A stretch of 52,234 nucleotides of DNA, from positions 1 through 52,234 of the forward strand of contig JBHGBB010000002.1 of assembly GCA_041946755.1 (NCBI GenBank), in the 5' to 3' direction. This DNA is from a bacterium (GTDB taxonomy: Bacteria > UBP4 > UBA4092 > JAOAEQ01). The position numbers were made by a program, and so were the translations under genes. Below, piece by piece: positions 44,930 to 52,009 of this stretch; within the stretch, counting starts at the first letter, position 1; each line of letters begins with the position of its first letter. Below the pieces are notes generated by a model. The model searched no databases. It was not told the DNA's origin and was given only the letters and a program-made list of their open reading frames with translations.

Positions 44930-45400
44930 TTATTTCATTACTATTTTATCATATCCTAGGGTAGCCGCTAAACTGGGTTTGCCGTTTATCGGCAGTTCTA
45001 GCGTCGCTTCCATCCAACCGTTATCTAGCTCGCGCACTTCCCGAACCTTCGCTCCCCGGAGAAACGCTTTAACTCTGGTCCGACTTACCGTACCTCGAGT
45101 CTGTTTAACTACTTTCCCGACTACTATTGCCAAATTCCGCTGGGCAACAACTATTGCCGCCCGCCGTGCCATCAGTTTCGATTGAGTCGAACTGATTGCA
45201 TAGCTCGGGGGTTTCCCGATCCCTTTAGCGATAATCACATTCTCGGTAATACAGATATCCTCTGAAGCTTTAATAACCAAGATTTTTCCGGTAGGAATAA
45301 AATCTTGCGCTGAAGCCAGGCTGATCCCGATAACCATACTTAATATAAACAACCCGAATATTATCTGAGATTTCATAATTCTAATCTGTGTAATCTGCAT
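44930..45400 (-). CDS. Secreted protein with a degenerate LPP20-like domain
   Basis: It has a signal peptide. TQSKLMARRAAIVVAQRNLAIVVGKVV...FLRGAKVREVRELDNGWMEATLEL aligns with the LPP20-like repeats of 46644..47054 and 47169..47939. The alternative start is the ATG at 45376. Confidence 0.6.
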   Translation of the reverse strand: MQITQIRIMKSQIIFGLFILSMVIGISLASAQDFIPTGKILVIKASEDICITENVIIAKGIGKPPSYAISSTQSKLMARRAAIVVAQRNLAIVVGKVVKQTRGTVSRTRVKAFLRGAKVREVRELDNGWMEATLELPINGKPSLAATLGYDKIVMK

Positions 45401-45418
45401 TTTAATCTATGTAATCAT

Positions 45419-46537
45419 TTACTTGATTCTAACATCCAGCCGGTTTTGGGTAGTGCCAGTGATTTCGACTTTCGGGTTTTTAAGGGTTCCCAGTTCTTTT
45501 TCCAACTGGGTAGCCGACCCGGAATAATCGATATTGAGTATACCTACATTATTCAAAAACATCCGGCGGTAAACGTTTTGGATACCCTCAACATTTTTTA
45601 ATGCAGTTTCAAAAGCAGTTAACTTCTGCAAACTTGGGGCACTGACGACTAGTTGATAATCGGTCTGGTTATATACTTCTTTCTGCCATCGGCTAAATAA
45701 CTTATTGATTATCTCCGGAGCCAGTTTCGCACCCGCAGTTATAAACGCTGACCGGGCTGCCGGTTTCGGGCCACCCGCACCTTTTTTCGCGGTATAACTA
45801 TCTACCGCTAAAATGGTACCGGTATCGGTTCTGACTGCTTTAACATCGATATTCGCGGTATAGAAATAGAGTCGTTCTCCATAAACCACATCAGCACCGG
45901 CATCTTCTGCATTCGCTTCCCCAACCAGAACAATATCCGCACCGAACCGTCTGCCTAACGCGGCGGCTTTATCCGGATTCTTATAATTCAAATCGATATC
46001 TTTCGCTTTAATCTGTTCGAGCTGCGCTTTATCTACCACTTGCATCCCGAGTTCTAGCAAACCCGATTCGAGTTTAGTACCGACATTACTACTGGTCTGA
46101 TCTTCCCCATCGATCTTTTCGGCTATCAGCACCATTACTACCGGTTTATCTTTTAAAGCATAAATCAATCCTTTAGCCAGCAGGTCGTTATTCAATTTAC
46201 CGATTGCAACGACCGCTTTTATGCTCACCCAATAGGTACCGTTCTCTTTACTTTCATCCTGCAGTTCATACGACTGAACATACCCGGCAGTTTGGGTAAT
46301 AATCAGGTCGTTCAACAATTTGAAATCTTTCACCGCACTGGTTGAAGATAAAATCACTCCCGCGCCCTGTTCGACCGCGTTCCGAAGTGCATCGCGTACC
46401 GCGGCATCTTTCGCCTTTAAATCGGTTCCGGCAGCCTGCCCTTCAGCAAAAACCACTTTCGTTTCCTGTGCATAAGCAAAACTGATTAGTAACAATAACA
46501 GGAGGAAACATAACCAAGATATTTTATGATTTTGCAT
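45419..46537 (-). CDS. Secreted three-domain FlgT-like protein (LPP20/FlgT_N-like domain, CsgG/LpoB-like middle domain, C-terminal domain)
   Basis: It has a signal peptide. The N-domain is AEGQAAGTDLKAKDAAVRDALRNAVEQGAGV. The middle domain, PVVMVLIAEKIDGE...LESGLLELGMQVVDKAQLEQI...GADIVLVGEA, looks like a CsgG/LpoB/TolB-N alpha/beta fold. From memory, 372 aa is close to the size of Vibrio FlgT. Confidence 0.5.
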   Translation of the reverse strand: MQNHKISWLCFLLLLLLISFAYAQETKVVFAEGQAAGTDLKAKDAAVRDALRNAVEQGAGVILSSTSAVKDFKLLNDLIITQTAGYVQSYELQDESKENGTYWVSIKAVVAIGKLNNDLLAKGLIYALKDKPVVMVLIAEKIDGEDQTSSNVGTKLESGLLELGMQVVDKAQLEQIKAKDIDLNYKNPDKAAALGRRFGADIVLVGEANAEDAGADVVYGERLYFYTANIDVKAVRTDTGTILAVDSYTAKKGAGGPKPAARSAFITAGAKLAPEIINKLFSRWQKEVYNQTDYQLVVSAPSLQKLTAFETALKNVEGIQNVYRRMFLNNVGILNIDYSGSATQLEKELGTLKNPKVEITGTTQNRLDVRIK

Positions 46538-46599
46538 CGTGTATCTCCTCTTTTTAAAATAATAAAATGATAATGGCTAATTGATTAATGATCAATGAA

Positions 46600-46637
46600 A
46601 TTAGAATGGATAATGATTAACTATTATCCATTCTAAT
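46600..46637. other. Perfect 15-bp stem hairpin between two genes of the LPP20 cluster
   Basis: ATTAGAATGGATAAT (46600-46614) is the exact reverse complement of ATTATCCATTCTAAT (46623-46637), with an 8-nt loop. It lies 7 nt past the stop of 46644..47054. The T-run (TTGTTTTT) is on the plus strand only. Confidence 0.6.
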
Positions 46638-46643
46638 TTGTTT

Positions 46644-47054
46644 TTAGTATCCTTTACAAGCTGCGCGGAGATCAGCGATCCGGACTTCTAGAATAACTTC
46701 ATACGTCTTATCCGGTAAAACCCGGCTGCTAATCACGCGAGCGCCGCGGAGAACGCCATCAACCCGGGTGCGAACGATATCGCTTTTTGCGACAAAATCC
46801 TGAACCGTGGTTTCTCCTTCAACTCTAACTCCTTTAACTCGTTCTAATAGATTCCGATATGCATCCGCTTTAGCCGCACGTTCTGCTAAAAGCCGAACCT
46901 GACCGGGCGGAGTCCCTGGCCGTATCGGAGGTGGAGCGCCTAATCCGGTAGCCCGAATTACCGGCGGGCCCGGTGGTCGTTCCGGAGTGGTTGCGCAACC
47001 AAATAAGATTGCAACGATAGAGATACAAGCGATAATAACTAATACCTTTTTCAT
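46644..47054 (-). CDS. LPP20-domain lipoprotein with Pro-rich linker
   Basis: The lipobox is ILFGCATT, the Pro-rich stretch is PERPPGPPVIRATGLGAPPPIRPGTPPG, and the domain is LLAERAAKADAYRNLLERVKGVRVEGETTVQDFVAKSDIVRTRVDGVLRGARV. Confidence 0.7.
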   Translation of the reverse strand: MKKVLVIIACISIVAILFGCATTPERPPGPPVIRATGLGAPPPIRPGTPPGQVRLLAERAAKADAYRNLLERVKGVRVEGETTVQDFVAKSDIVRTRVDGVLRGARVISSRVLPDKTYEVILEVRIADLRAACKGY

Positions 47055-47118
47055 AGTTACTCACCCCCTAAAAATCTAAAATACTCATTTCAAATTTAGC
47101 ATTTAGCATTTTAAATTT

Positions 47119-47137
47119 AATCCGCCTTAGGCGGATT
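47119..47137. repeat. TCCGCC-Nx-GGCGGA hairpin family (one of four copies)
   Basis: The sequence here is AATCCGCC TTA GGCGGATT. Other copies are at 15337-15356 (TCCGCC AAGGCTTC GGCGGA), 16616-16631 (ATCCGCC GC GGCGGAT) and 48344-48358 (TCCGCC TGA GGCGGA). All four are intergenic. Confidence 0.8.
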
Positions 47138-47168
47138 GCAATGCTAATTTTGCATTTTAAAATGAGGT

Positions 47169-47939
47169 TTATCGATGCAGTATCGGGACTAAACCATCGA
47201 GCGCTAACACCATATCTACTTCACAGCTGCCATCTTCCAGATAGCGGACTCCGATCACTTTCGCGCCATGGATAAAGGTATCGACATTGGTTCGGATAAC
47301 ATCATCTTTAGTAACGAAATTCTCGATCGTAGTTTCGGCATTAATTCTAACCCCTTTTAACTGTTCCGCTAACTGCCGGTATCCATCAACCTGGGCGGCG
47401 CGTTTCGCCATTAATTTCTTCTGCGCCATGGACCCGGATTCCGGAGCGACTCCCGCCCCGGTTACATTAATCACCTGGGTTGCCCATTCCGGAGTTGGCG
47501 GTGGCGGTGCCGGGGGTGCGGGTGCTGCAACTACCGGTTCCGGTGGCGGTGGTGCGCCATACCCATACACATAAATATCCCCATAGTGTTTTGCGAGTTT
47601 CCGACCAAGGATTTTTTCTAATTCCGCTTGTTTCATAACGATGGTTACTTCGCAAACGCCATCCGGTTGATATCGCACATCGGTTACTTCCATGCCTTTA
47701 ATAAAGGTATCCAACCGGGTGCGGATAGTATCGTTTTGGGTAACGAAATCTTTAACCAGGGTTTTTGAGGTCAGCCGAAATCCCATAATCTGCTCGGAGA
47801 GATTCCGATAGGCATCAGCTTGTGCAGCGCGTTTCGCCATGAGTTTCGCCTGGGCATCGCTCATGGTTTGCCCGATGACAACAGGAACAAATACTAGCAT
47901 TAAGACAACGGTTAATAATAGGAAAACATGTTTCTTCAT
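47169..47939 (-). CDS. Secreted protein with two LPP20-like domains joined by a Pro/Ala-rich linker
   Basis: It has a signal peptide. Domain 1 is AKLMAKRAAQADAYRNLSEQIMGFRL...FIKGMEV. The linker is GAPPPPEPVVAAPAPPAPPPPTPEW. Domain 2 is KKLMAKRAAQVDGYRQLAEQLKGVRI...FIHGAKV. Confidence 0.7.
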   Translation of the reverse strand: MKKHVFLLLTVVLMLVFVPVVIGQTMSDAQAKLMAKRAAQADAYRNLSEQIMGFRLTSKTLVKDFVTQNDTIRTRLDTFIKGMEVTDVRYQPDGVCEVTIVMKQAELEKILGRKLAKHYGDIYVYGYGAPPPPEPVVAAPAPPAPPPPTPEWATQVINVTGAGVAPESGSMAQKKLMAKRAAQVDGYRQLAEQLKGVRINAETTIENFVTKDDVIRTNVDTFIHGAKVIGVRYLEDGSCEVDMVLALDGLVPILHR

Positions 47940-47970
47940 AGATTGTTTGTCCCCCCTTTCGAAAATAATA

Positions 47971-48068
47971 GTTAAATAAGTTAAATGAGTTAAATGGTTG
48001 AATTCGACAAAAACAAGTAGACCGGAATTCTCTGATATAACTTATTTAACGTATTTAACTGATTTAAC
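47971..48068. repeat. Inverted arrays of three GTTAAAT heptads (9-nt period), 30-130 nt upstream of the LPP20 cluster start
   Basis: GTTAAAT occurs at 47971, 47980 and 47989. ATTTAAC occurs at 48044, 48053 and 48062. A 48-nt spacer separates the two arrays. Confidence 0.85.
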
Positions 48069-48361
48069 GGTATGCTATTGAAAGTATACCACTATCAGGC
48101 ATATAGGAGCAAACAGTATCCGCGCATTTTTCTTGGATGTTTTTCTTAATTCACTAATACCTGACTAATAACTCTAATAAGATAGAGACACTTACTATTC
48201 TTTTTCCAGAGTATACTTAATTGGAAAACAAAAAAAGTTCTATATTTAAGTTGTCCTATAATTTTTTGCCATTTGGCAAATAATTATTTTGTATAGAAAT
48301 TGAACACTTCCCAGAATCTTTTACCATTTGGTAAAAGATTATTTCCGCCTGAGGCGGATAA

Positions 48362-48386
48362 GGGCGAGGATACCTCGCCCCTACTC
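48362..48386 (+). repeat. GC-rich hairpin family GGGCGRGG-NNN-CCYCGCCC-CTACTC (copy 1, with a compensatory A:T pair)
   Basis: The sequence is GGGCGAGG ATA CCTCGCCC CTACTC. Confidence 0.85.
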
Positions 48387-48523
48387 TCTGATACGGGCGG
48401 GGTCTGCCCGCCCGGTATTTTCTCACTAGAACCATGCCCAGACTCTAACACCTGATACCTTAGCCCCTCTTTATCCCGATTATTCTACTTTTTGTTTCTA
48501 AACAACGAAATAGACAATCTATA

Positions 48524-48549
48524 GGGCGGGGATACCCCGCCCCTACTCC
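48524..48549 (+). repeat. GC-rich hairpin family (copy 2)
   Basis: The sequence is GGGCGGGG ATA CCCCGCCC CTACTCC. Confidence 0.85.
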
Positions 48550-48858
48550 AACCAATCCCTTTCCCTATTTAATTTCATTGCGATCGGGATTTTTATCCAT
48601 GCCGATACCGGAGTATACCTAGTGTGCCTTGAAGCCACACTAGGTCCTCTCCGGTGGAAAATAATTAAGTAGCAAGTACGAAGGAGCAAGTCCCAAACTT
48701 GGTTTTTTGGACTAAACACTTGTTTAAACTGGTTTATTTCGATTTTGCATATAGTATTTTTCAATTCCATTGACGTTAATTAGGATTCTATGCTAAAAGT
48801 ATGGTGAGTTTAATAGCTGGTTTTATTCATTTTCTTTGATAAAGGAGGTGAAATAACC

Positions 48859-49146
48859 ATGAGTGGAGAAACTCCCGCTCCAACTCCAGTTTCTGCTCCA
48901 ACACCAGCACCAGCGGCAGCTCCCGGTCAAAAAGATTGGTTGATAACCCTGTTATTATCGATATTTCTCGGGACCCTGGGTGTCGACCGATTCTATTTAG
49001 GATATATCGGGCTTGGCATACTAAAACTGGCGATAACTATAGTATCTTGCGGTTTAGCCGGTTGGATTTGGTGGATTATCGACATCGTATTTATCGCTAC
49101 TGATAAAATGACCGATGCCACTGGACAAAAGCTGTATAAGAAATAA
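48859..49146 (+). CDS. TM2 domain-containing membrane protein with Pro/Ala-rich N-terminus
   Basis: A strong SD (AAAGGAGGTG) lies upstream. KDWLITLLLSIFLGTLGVDRFYLGYIGLGILKL is the TM2 (PF05154) signature (G..G.drFYlG). Confidence 0.85.
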   Translation: MSGETPAPTPVSAPTPAPAAAPGQKDWLITLLLSIFLGTLGVDRFYLGYIGLGILKLAITIVSCGLAGWIWWIIDIVFIATDKMTDATGQKLYKK

Positions 49147-49222
49147 CCTACATTCTATAGTATAATTTTTTAGGGAATAGACCGCGAAAATCGGACTATT
49201 CCCTATTTTAACTTAAATACCC

Positions 49223-49696
49223 ATGCGTTTTATTAAAATTATACCGGTTCAAGACCGGGTGCAGAGTTGGATAGTATTCGGAATACTAAGTGTTTTCCTG
49301 CTGGTAGCGTTTGTTTGGCAGCCGAGTGATAATGGAATGACCTTATGCTATTTCCGGAATATAACCGGTCTACCCTGCCCGGGTTGTGGGATTACCCGGT
49401 CGTTATGCGCCATGGCTAAAGGAAATATATTCCGGTCATTCGAGTACCATATTTTCGGCCCGCTGGTATTCCTGATCGCAATCGGATTCTGGATTCGGTC
49501 GATTTTTGAACTTATCTATCGTAAAACGGTTATTATTTTACTTCCCGAAAGAATCAAACGAAAGTTGATTCCGGCATTTATTATCTGTTTATGTTTATTC
49601 TGGATCGCTAGAATTGGATATACCCTATCGCATCAAACACCGGATTCGGAATTTAAACATAGCTTAATCTCACATTTCTTTACCCATCATCGTTAA
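49223..49696 (+). CDS. DUF2752 domain-containing membrane protein
   Basis: CYFRNITGLPCPGCGITRS matches the DUF2752 hallmark (C...tG.pCPgCG.TR). It is followed by 3 TM helices. Confidence 0.8.
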   Translation: MRFIKIIPVQDRVQSWIVFGILSVFLLVAFVWQPSDNGMTLCYFRNITGLPCPGCGITRSLCAMAKGNIFRSFEYHIFGPLVFLIAIGFWIRSIFELIYRKTVIILLPERIKRKLIPAFIICLCLFWIARIGYTLSHQTPDSEFKHSLISHFFTHHR

Positions 49697-49762
49697 AAGT
49701 AAGGGCGGGGTTTCCCCGCCTGTTATAGATCCGATTATTTTCTATCTTATTTCCGAAAGAAC

Positions 49763-49788
49763 GGGCGGGGAAACCCCGCCCCTACTCC
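49763..49788 (+). repeat. GC-rich hairpin family (copy 3); a related hairpin lies at 49703-49720
   Basis: The sequence is GGGCGGGG AAA CCCCGCCC CTACTCC. At 49703-49720 there is GGGCGGGG TTT CCCCGCC without the tail. Confidence 0.85.
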
Positions 49789-49802
49789 ATAAAGCTTAAT
49801 AT

Positions 49803-49836
49803 AAAAAAAAGAGCGAGATACTATCTCGCTCTTTTT
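49803..49836. terminator. Bidirectional intrinsic terminator between convergent DUF2752 and ZnR-DUF4190 genes
   Basis: The sequence is AAAAAAAA, then GAGCGAGAT-ACT-ATCTCGCTC (49811-49831), then TTTTT. Confidence 0.8.
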
Positions 49837-49862
49837 ATTCTATTATCAGATGAAAGATATCA

Positions 49863-50327
49863 TTAAAACGGCCGGAATTGATGCGAAAATGGCGCGCGAA
49901 ACGCCATTGATGAAAAGGCAAATCCGATCCATAAAATCGCCCAGAGCATTCCCAAGACTAAAAGCACCGTTCCGATTATCCCCAGAATTTTGCCGGCAGT
50001 AGCATATCCTTTCCCTTCAGGAGACGAAATACCCGTATTAATTTTACTCAATTCCGACGACCCTAAAATCCAGGCGATCGGCGCTAAGATACCGCAACAG
50101 ATTAAACCAAGAATACCCAGAACCAGCGAAGTTATCGCCTGCCCGCTTGCTTTCCCTGGAATACTTGGGGTTGGTATCGGTGCAGTACCCGGAACGGATG
50201 ACACCGGTGGCGGCGATAACGGTTCTGGAGATACCACTGCAGTTGGTATCTGCACAAATTTCGTCCCGCAATGAGGGCAAAATTGAGCATTATTATCAAC
50301 CTGCGTTCCACAGGATGAACAGAACAT
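49863..50327 (-). CDS. Zinc-ribbon, Pro-rich linker, DUF4190 membrane protein
   Basis: The N-terminus is MFCSSCGTQV..AQFCPHCGTKF (zinc_ribbon_2 type) and the linker is PEPLSPPPVSSVPGTAPIPTPSIPG. ITSLVLGILGLICCGILAPIAWILGSSELSKI is DUF4190-like. An AGGAG SD lies upstream. Confidence 0.75.
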   Translation of the reverse strand: MFCSSCGTQVDNNAQFCPHCGTKFVQIPTAVVSPEPLSPPPVSSVPGTAPIPTPSIPGKASGQAITSLVLGILGLICCGILAPIAWILGSSELSKINTGISSPEGKGYATAGKILGIIGTVLLVLGMLWAILWIGFAFSSMAFRAPFSHQFRPF

Positions 50328-50381
50328 AGATTACTATCAACTCCTAAATCTAATTAAATTATACTGGGTATTAGCCATTAC

Positions 50382-50693
50382 TTAATGCATATGGGTTGCG
50401 GCTAATCCAGCAAACATAACGAAATAGAATATCATGAATATAATGGTGAGAACTAATAGAACGCTCCCAATTATACCCATAATCATCCCGGCTTGCGCGA
50501 ATCCTTTACCCGCTTGCGAAGAGAGCCCGGCTTTAATCTGTTTCAATTCTGCGCTCCCGATATACCAGGCAAACGGAGCAATTACCCCACAACAAACGAT
50601 GCCAAGGATACCCAGTACTAAAGCAGTAGTAGCTTTCGAACTGGCTTTTTCCGGCTGGACCGGAGCACTAACTTGCGGCTGCTGCGTATTCAT
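50382..50693 (-). CDS. DUF4190 membrane protein
   Basis: TTALVLGILGIVCCGVIAPFAWYIGSAELKQIKAG is paralogous to the DUF4190 core of 49863..50327. I prefer the ATG at 50693, preceded by AAGGAGG, over the ORF-track start at 50768, which would overlap the upstream gene. Confidence 0.75.
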   Translation of the reverse strand: MNTQQPQVSAPVQPEKASSKATTALVLGILGIVCCGVIAPFAWYIGSAELKQIKAGLSSQAGKGFAQAGMIMGIIGSVLLVLTIIFMIFYFVMFAGLAATHMH

Positions 50694-50724
50694 AAAATAA
50701 TGTTCCTCCTTTAATAAGGTTTGA

Positions 50725-51825
50725 TTATTGCAGTTGCGCCAACTGCGATAAATTAATATCCTGGGCAAAAACTTCTAAAGAACTGCTATTCGGTATGTTC
50801 TCCCCCTGAATCTCGACGACATATCGTTTCACTACTTCTATCGATAATTCACCGGTTCTGGTTTTTGTGTTCATTTTCTCGATACCGCGATGCCCTTTTA
50901 TATCGACTAATTTCTGATATTCATTCGTATTATTGAATACCGCCGGCCGGATGAATTTCTTATACATCTGGGGATTCCGCCCATAATCGTAAATGGTTAG
51001 AATAATCTTACAACTCTGTGGTGCAAAGTAATATTCACGTTGTGCACTGGTATAGGTAATATTATTCTTTTGGAAAGTACCGGATTTGGTAACCCCTGAT
51101 TGCCATGCAAACGGCGCTTTGGGTAATAAAGACAACAACTTCACCGGGTCAATTGGTGGGACTGCCAACCTCGGATTCATCATTCCAGGTGGCGGAGCAT
51201 TCGGTTTATTTTCAGCTGGTGATGGTGGAGTTACTGCTTCAGACCCAGTATTGGTATCGGTCTCTGTTTCCGGCTCCGATTCGGCATTTTCCGCCGGTGC
51301 GGGTTCGGTTTCAGCCGAAGGTTGCGTTTCTATAGTAGTATCTTCTGCAACCGGTGCGGATTGTTCTCCACTTTCAATCCCTTCCTGTTCCTCAGTAGTA
51401 GATTCCGTATATTGCTGTTCCGGTGCAGGCGGCTGCAATTTCGGGGCAAAATGTCTCCAGCCAACATATAATGCTGCAGCGAGCACCGCTGTAATCACAA
51501 CAAACAAGATAATAATAATAATCGCCCATTTCAAACACCCGGATTTCTTTTTTACTACCGGCGGCGGTTGCGTACCGGTTACCGGAGCTGCCGGTTGAAT
51601 AGGAGGAGGCGGTACTGATAGTGCGGGCAAAGGAGATGAGGAAGAATCATTGGCTTGAATATTTGATACCACTGGTTGGGCACCCGATGTCGATGCGACT
51701 TTCTCTGAACAGGGAATACAATAATTCTTGCCATCAACAACAGTCCGGCACTCTGCACAGAAAAAGTTGCGACAGCTGATACACATCGCTATCGCTTCCC
51801 GGTCATTATGATTTTGGCATTGCAT
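50725..51825 (-). CDS. B-box-like zinc-finger, Pro-rich, single-pass TM protein with acidic low-complexity region and C-terminal globular domain
   Basis: The N-terminus is MQCQNHNDREAIAMCISCRNFFCAECRTVVDGKNYCIPC, a Cys/His cluster. The Pro-rich region is LPALSVPPPPIQPAAPVTGTQPPP. The TM helix is WAIIIIILFVVITAVLAAALYVGW, followed by an E/T/P-rich acidic region and a ~150-aa C-terminal domain. The start is taken at the ATG at 51825; the ORF track extends to 51882. Confidence 0.6.
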   Translation of the reverse strand: MQCQNHNDREAIAMCISCRNFFCAECRTVVDGKNYCIPCSEKVASTSGAQPVVSNIQANDSSSSPLPALSVPPPPIQPAAPVTGTQPPPVVKKKSGCLKWAIIIIILFVVITAVLAAALYVGWRHFAPKLQPPAPEQQYTESTTEEQEGIESGEQSAPVAEDTTIETQPSAETEPAPAENAESEPETETDTNTGSEAVTPPSPAENKPNAPPPGMMNPRLAVPPIDPVKLLSLLPKAPFAWQSGVTKSGTFQKNNITYTSAQREYYFAPQSCKIILTIYDYGRNPQMYKKFIRPAVFNNTNEYQKLVDIKGHRGIEKMNTKTRTGELSIEVVKRYVVEIQGENIPNSSSLEVFAQDINLSQLAQLQ

Positions 51826-52009
51826 ATTTAGTTTACCTCTGTTTTTAGCATTATTTATTAGTAAGGATAATAACATATCCACTCAAAAGATTCAATGTAA
51901 ATCTAGCATTGAACAGTATAAACGGCAACTTTATTTAGATAGCGAGAAACATACCTGGGTACCGACTAAGCTTGCGGATTCCAAATATAAATGGTAAAAT
52001 TGCTACTTG

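Noticed and set aside
47287-47574. A plus-strand 95-aa ORF ending in a Gly-rich tail (GGGGAGGAGAATTGSGGGGAPYPYT).
   Set aside because: It is antisense to the Pro/Ala-rich linker of the two-domain LPP20 protein. It is a mirror-image low-complexity artefact. The same applies to 51086..51598, which is antisense to the B-box protein.
48640-48700. Possible SRP/4.5S-like or 6S-like RNA, because of GAAGGAGCAAG next to a long hairpin.
   Set aside because: I could not find the conserved SRP domain IV symmetric/asymmetric loop motifs or a closing helix. The resemblance is limited to a few nucleotides. I left it as unexplained structured DNA rather than calling an ncRNA.
48543-48770. A 75-aa minus-strand ORF in the long intergenic region.
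   Set aside because: It has no RBS and spans the GC-rich hairpin and the long two-stem hairpin. It has no recognisable motif and its composition is atypical of coding sequence.
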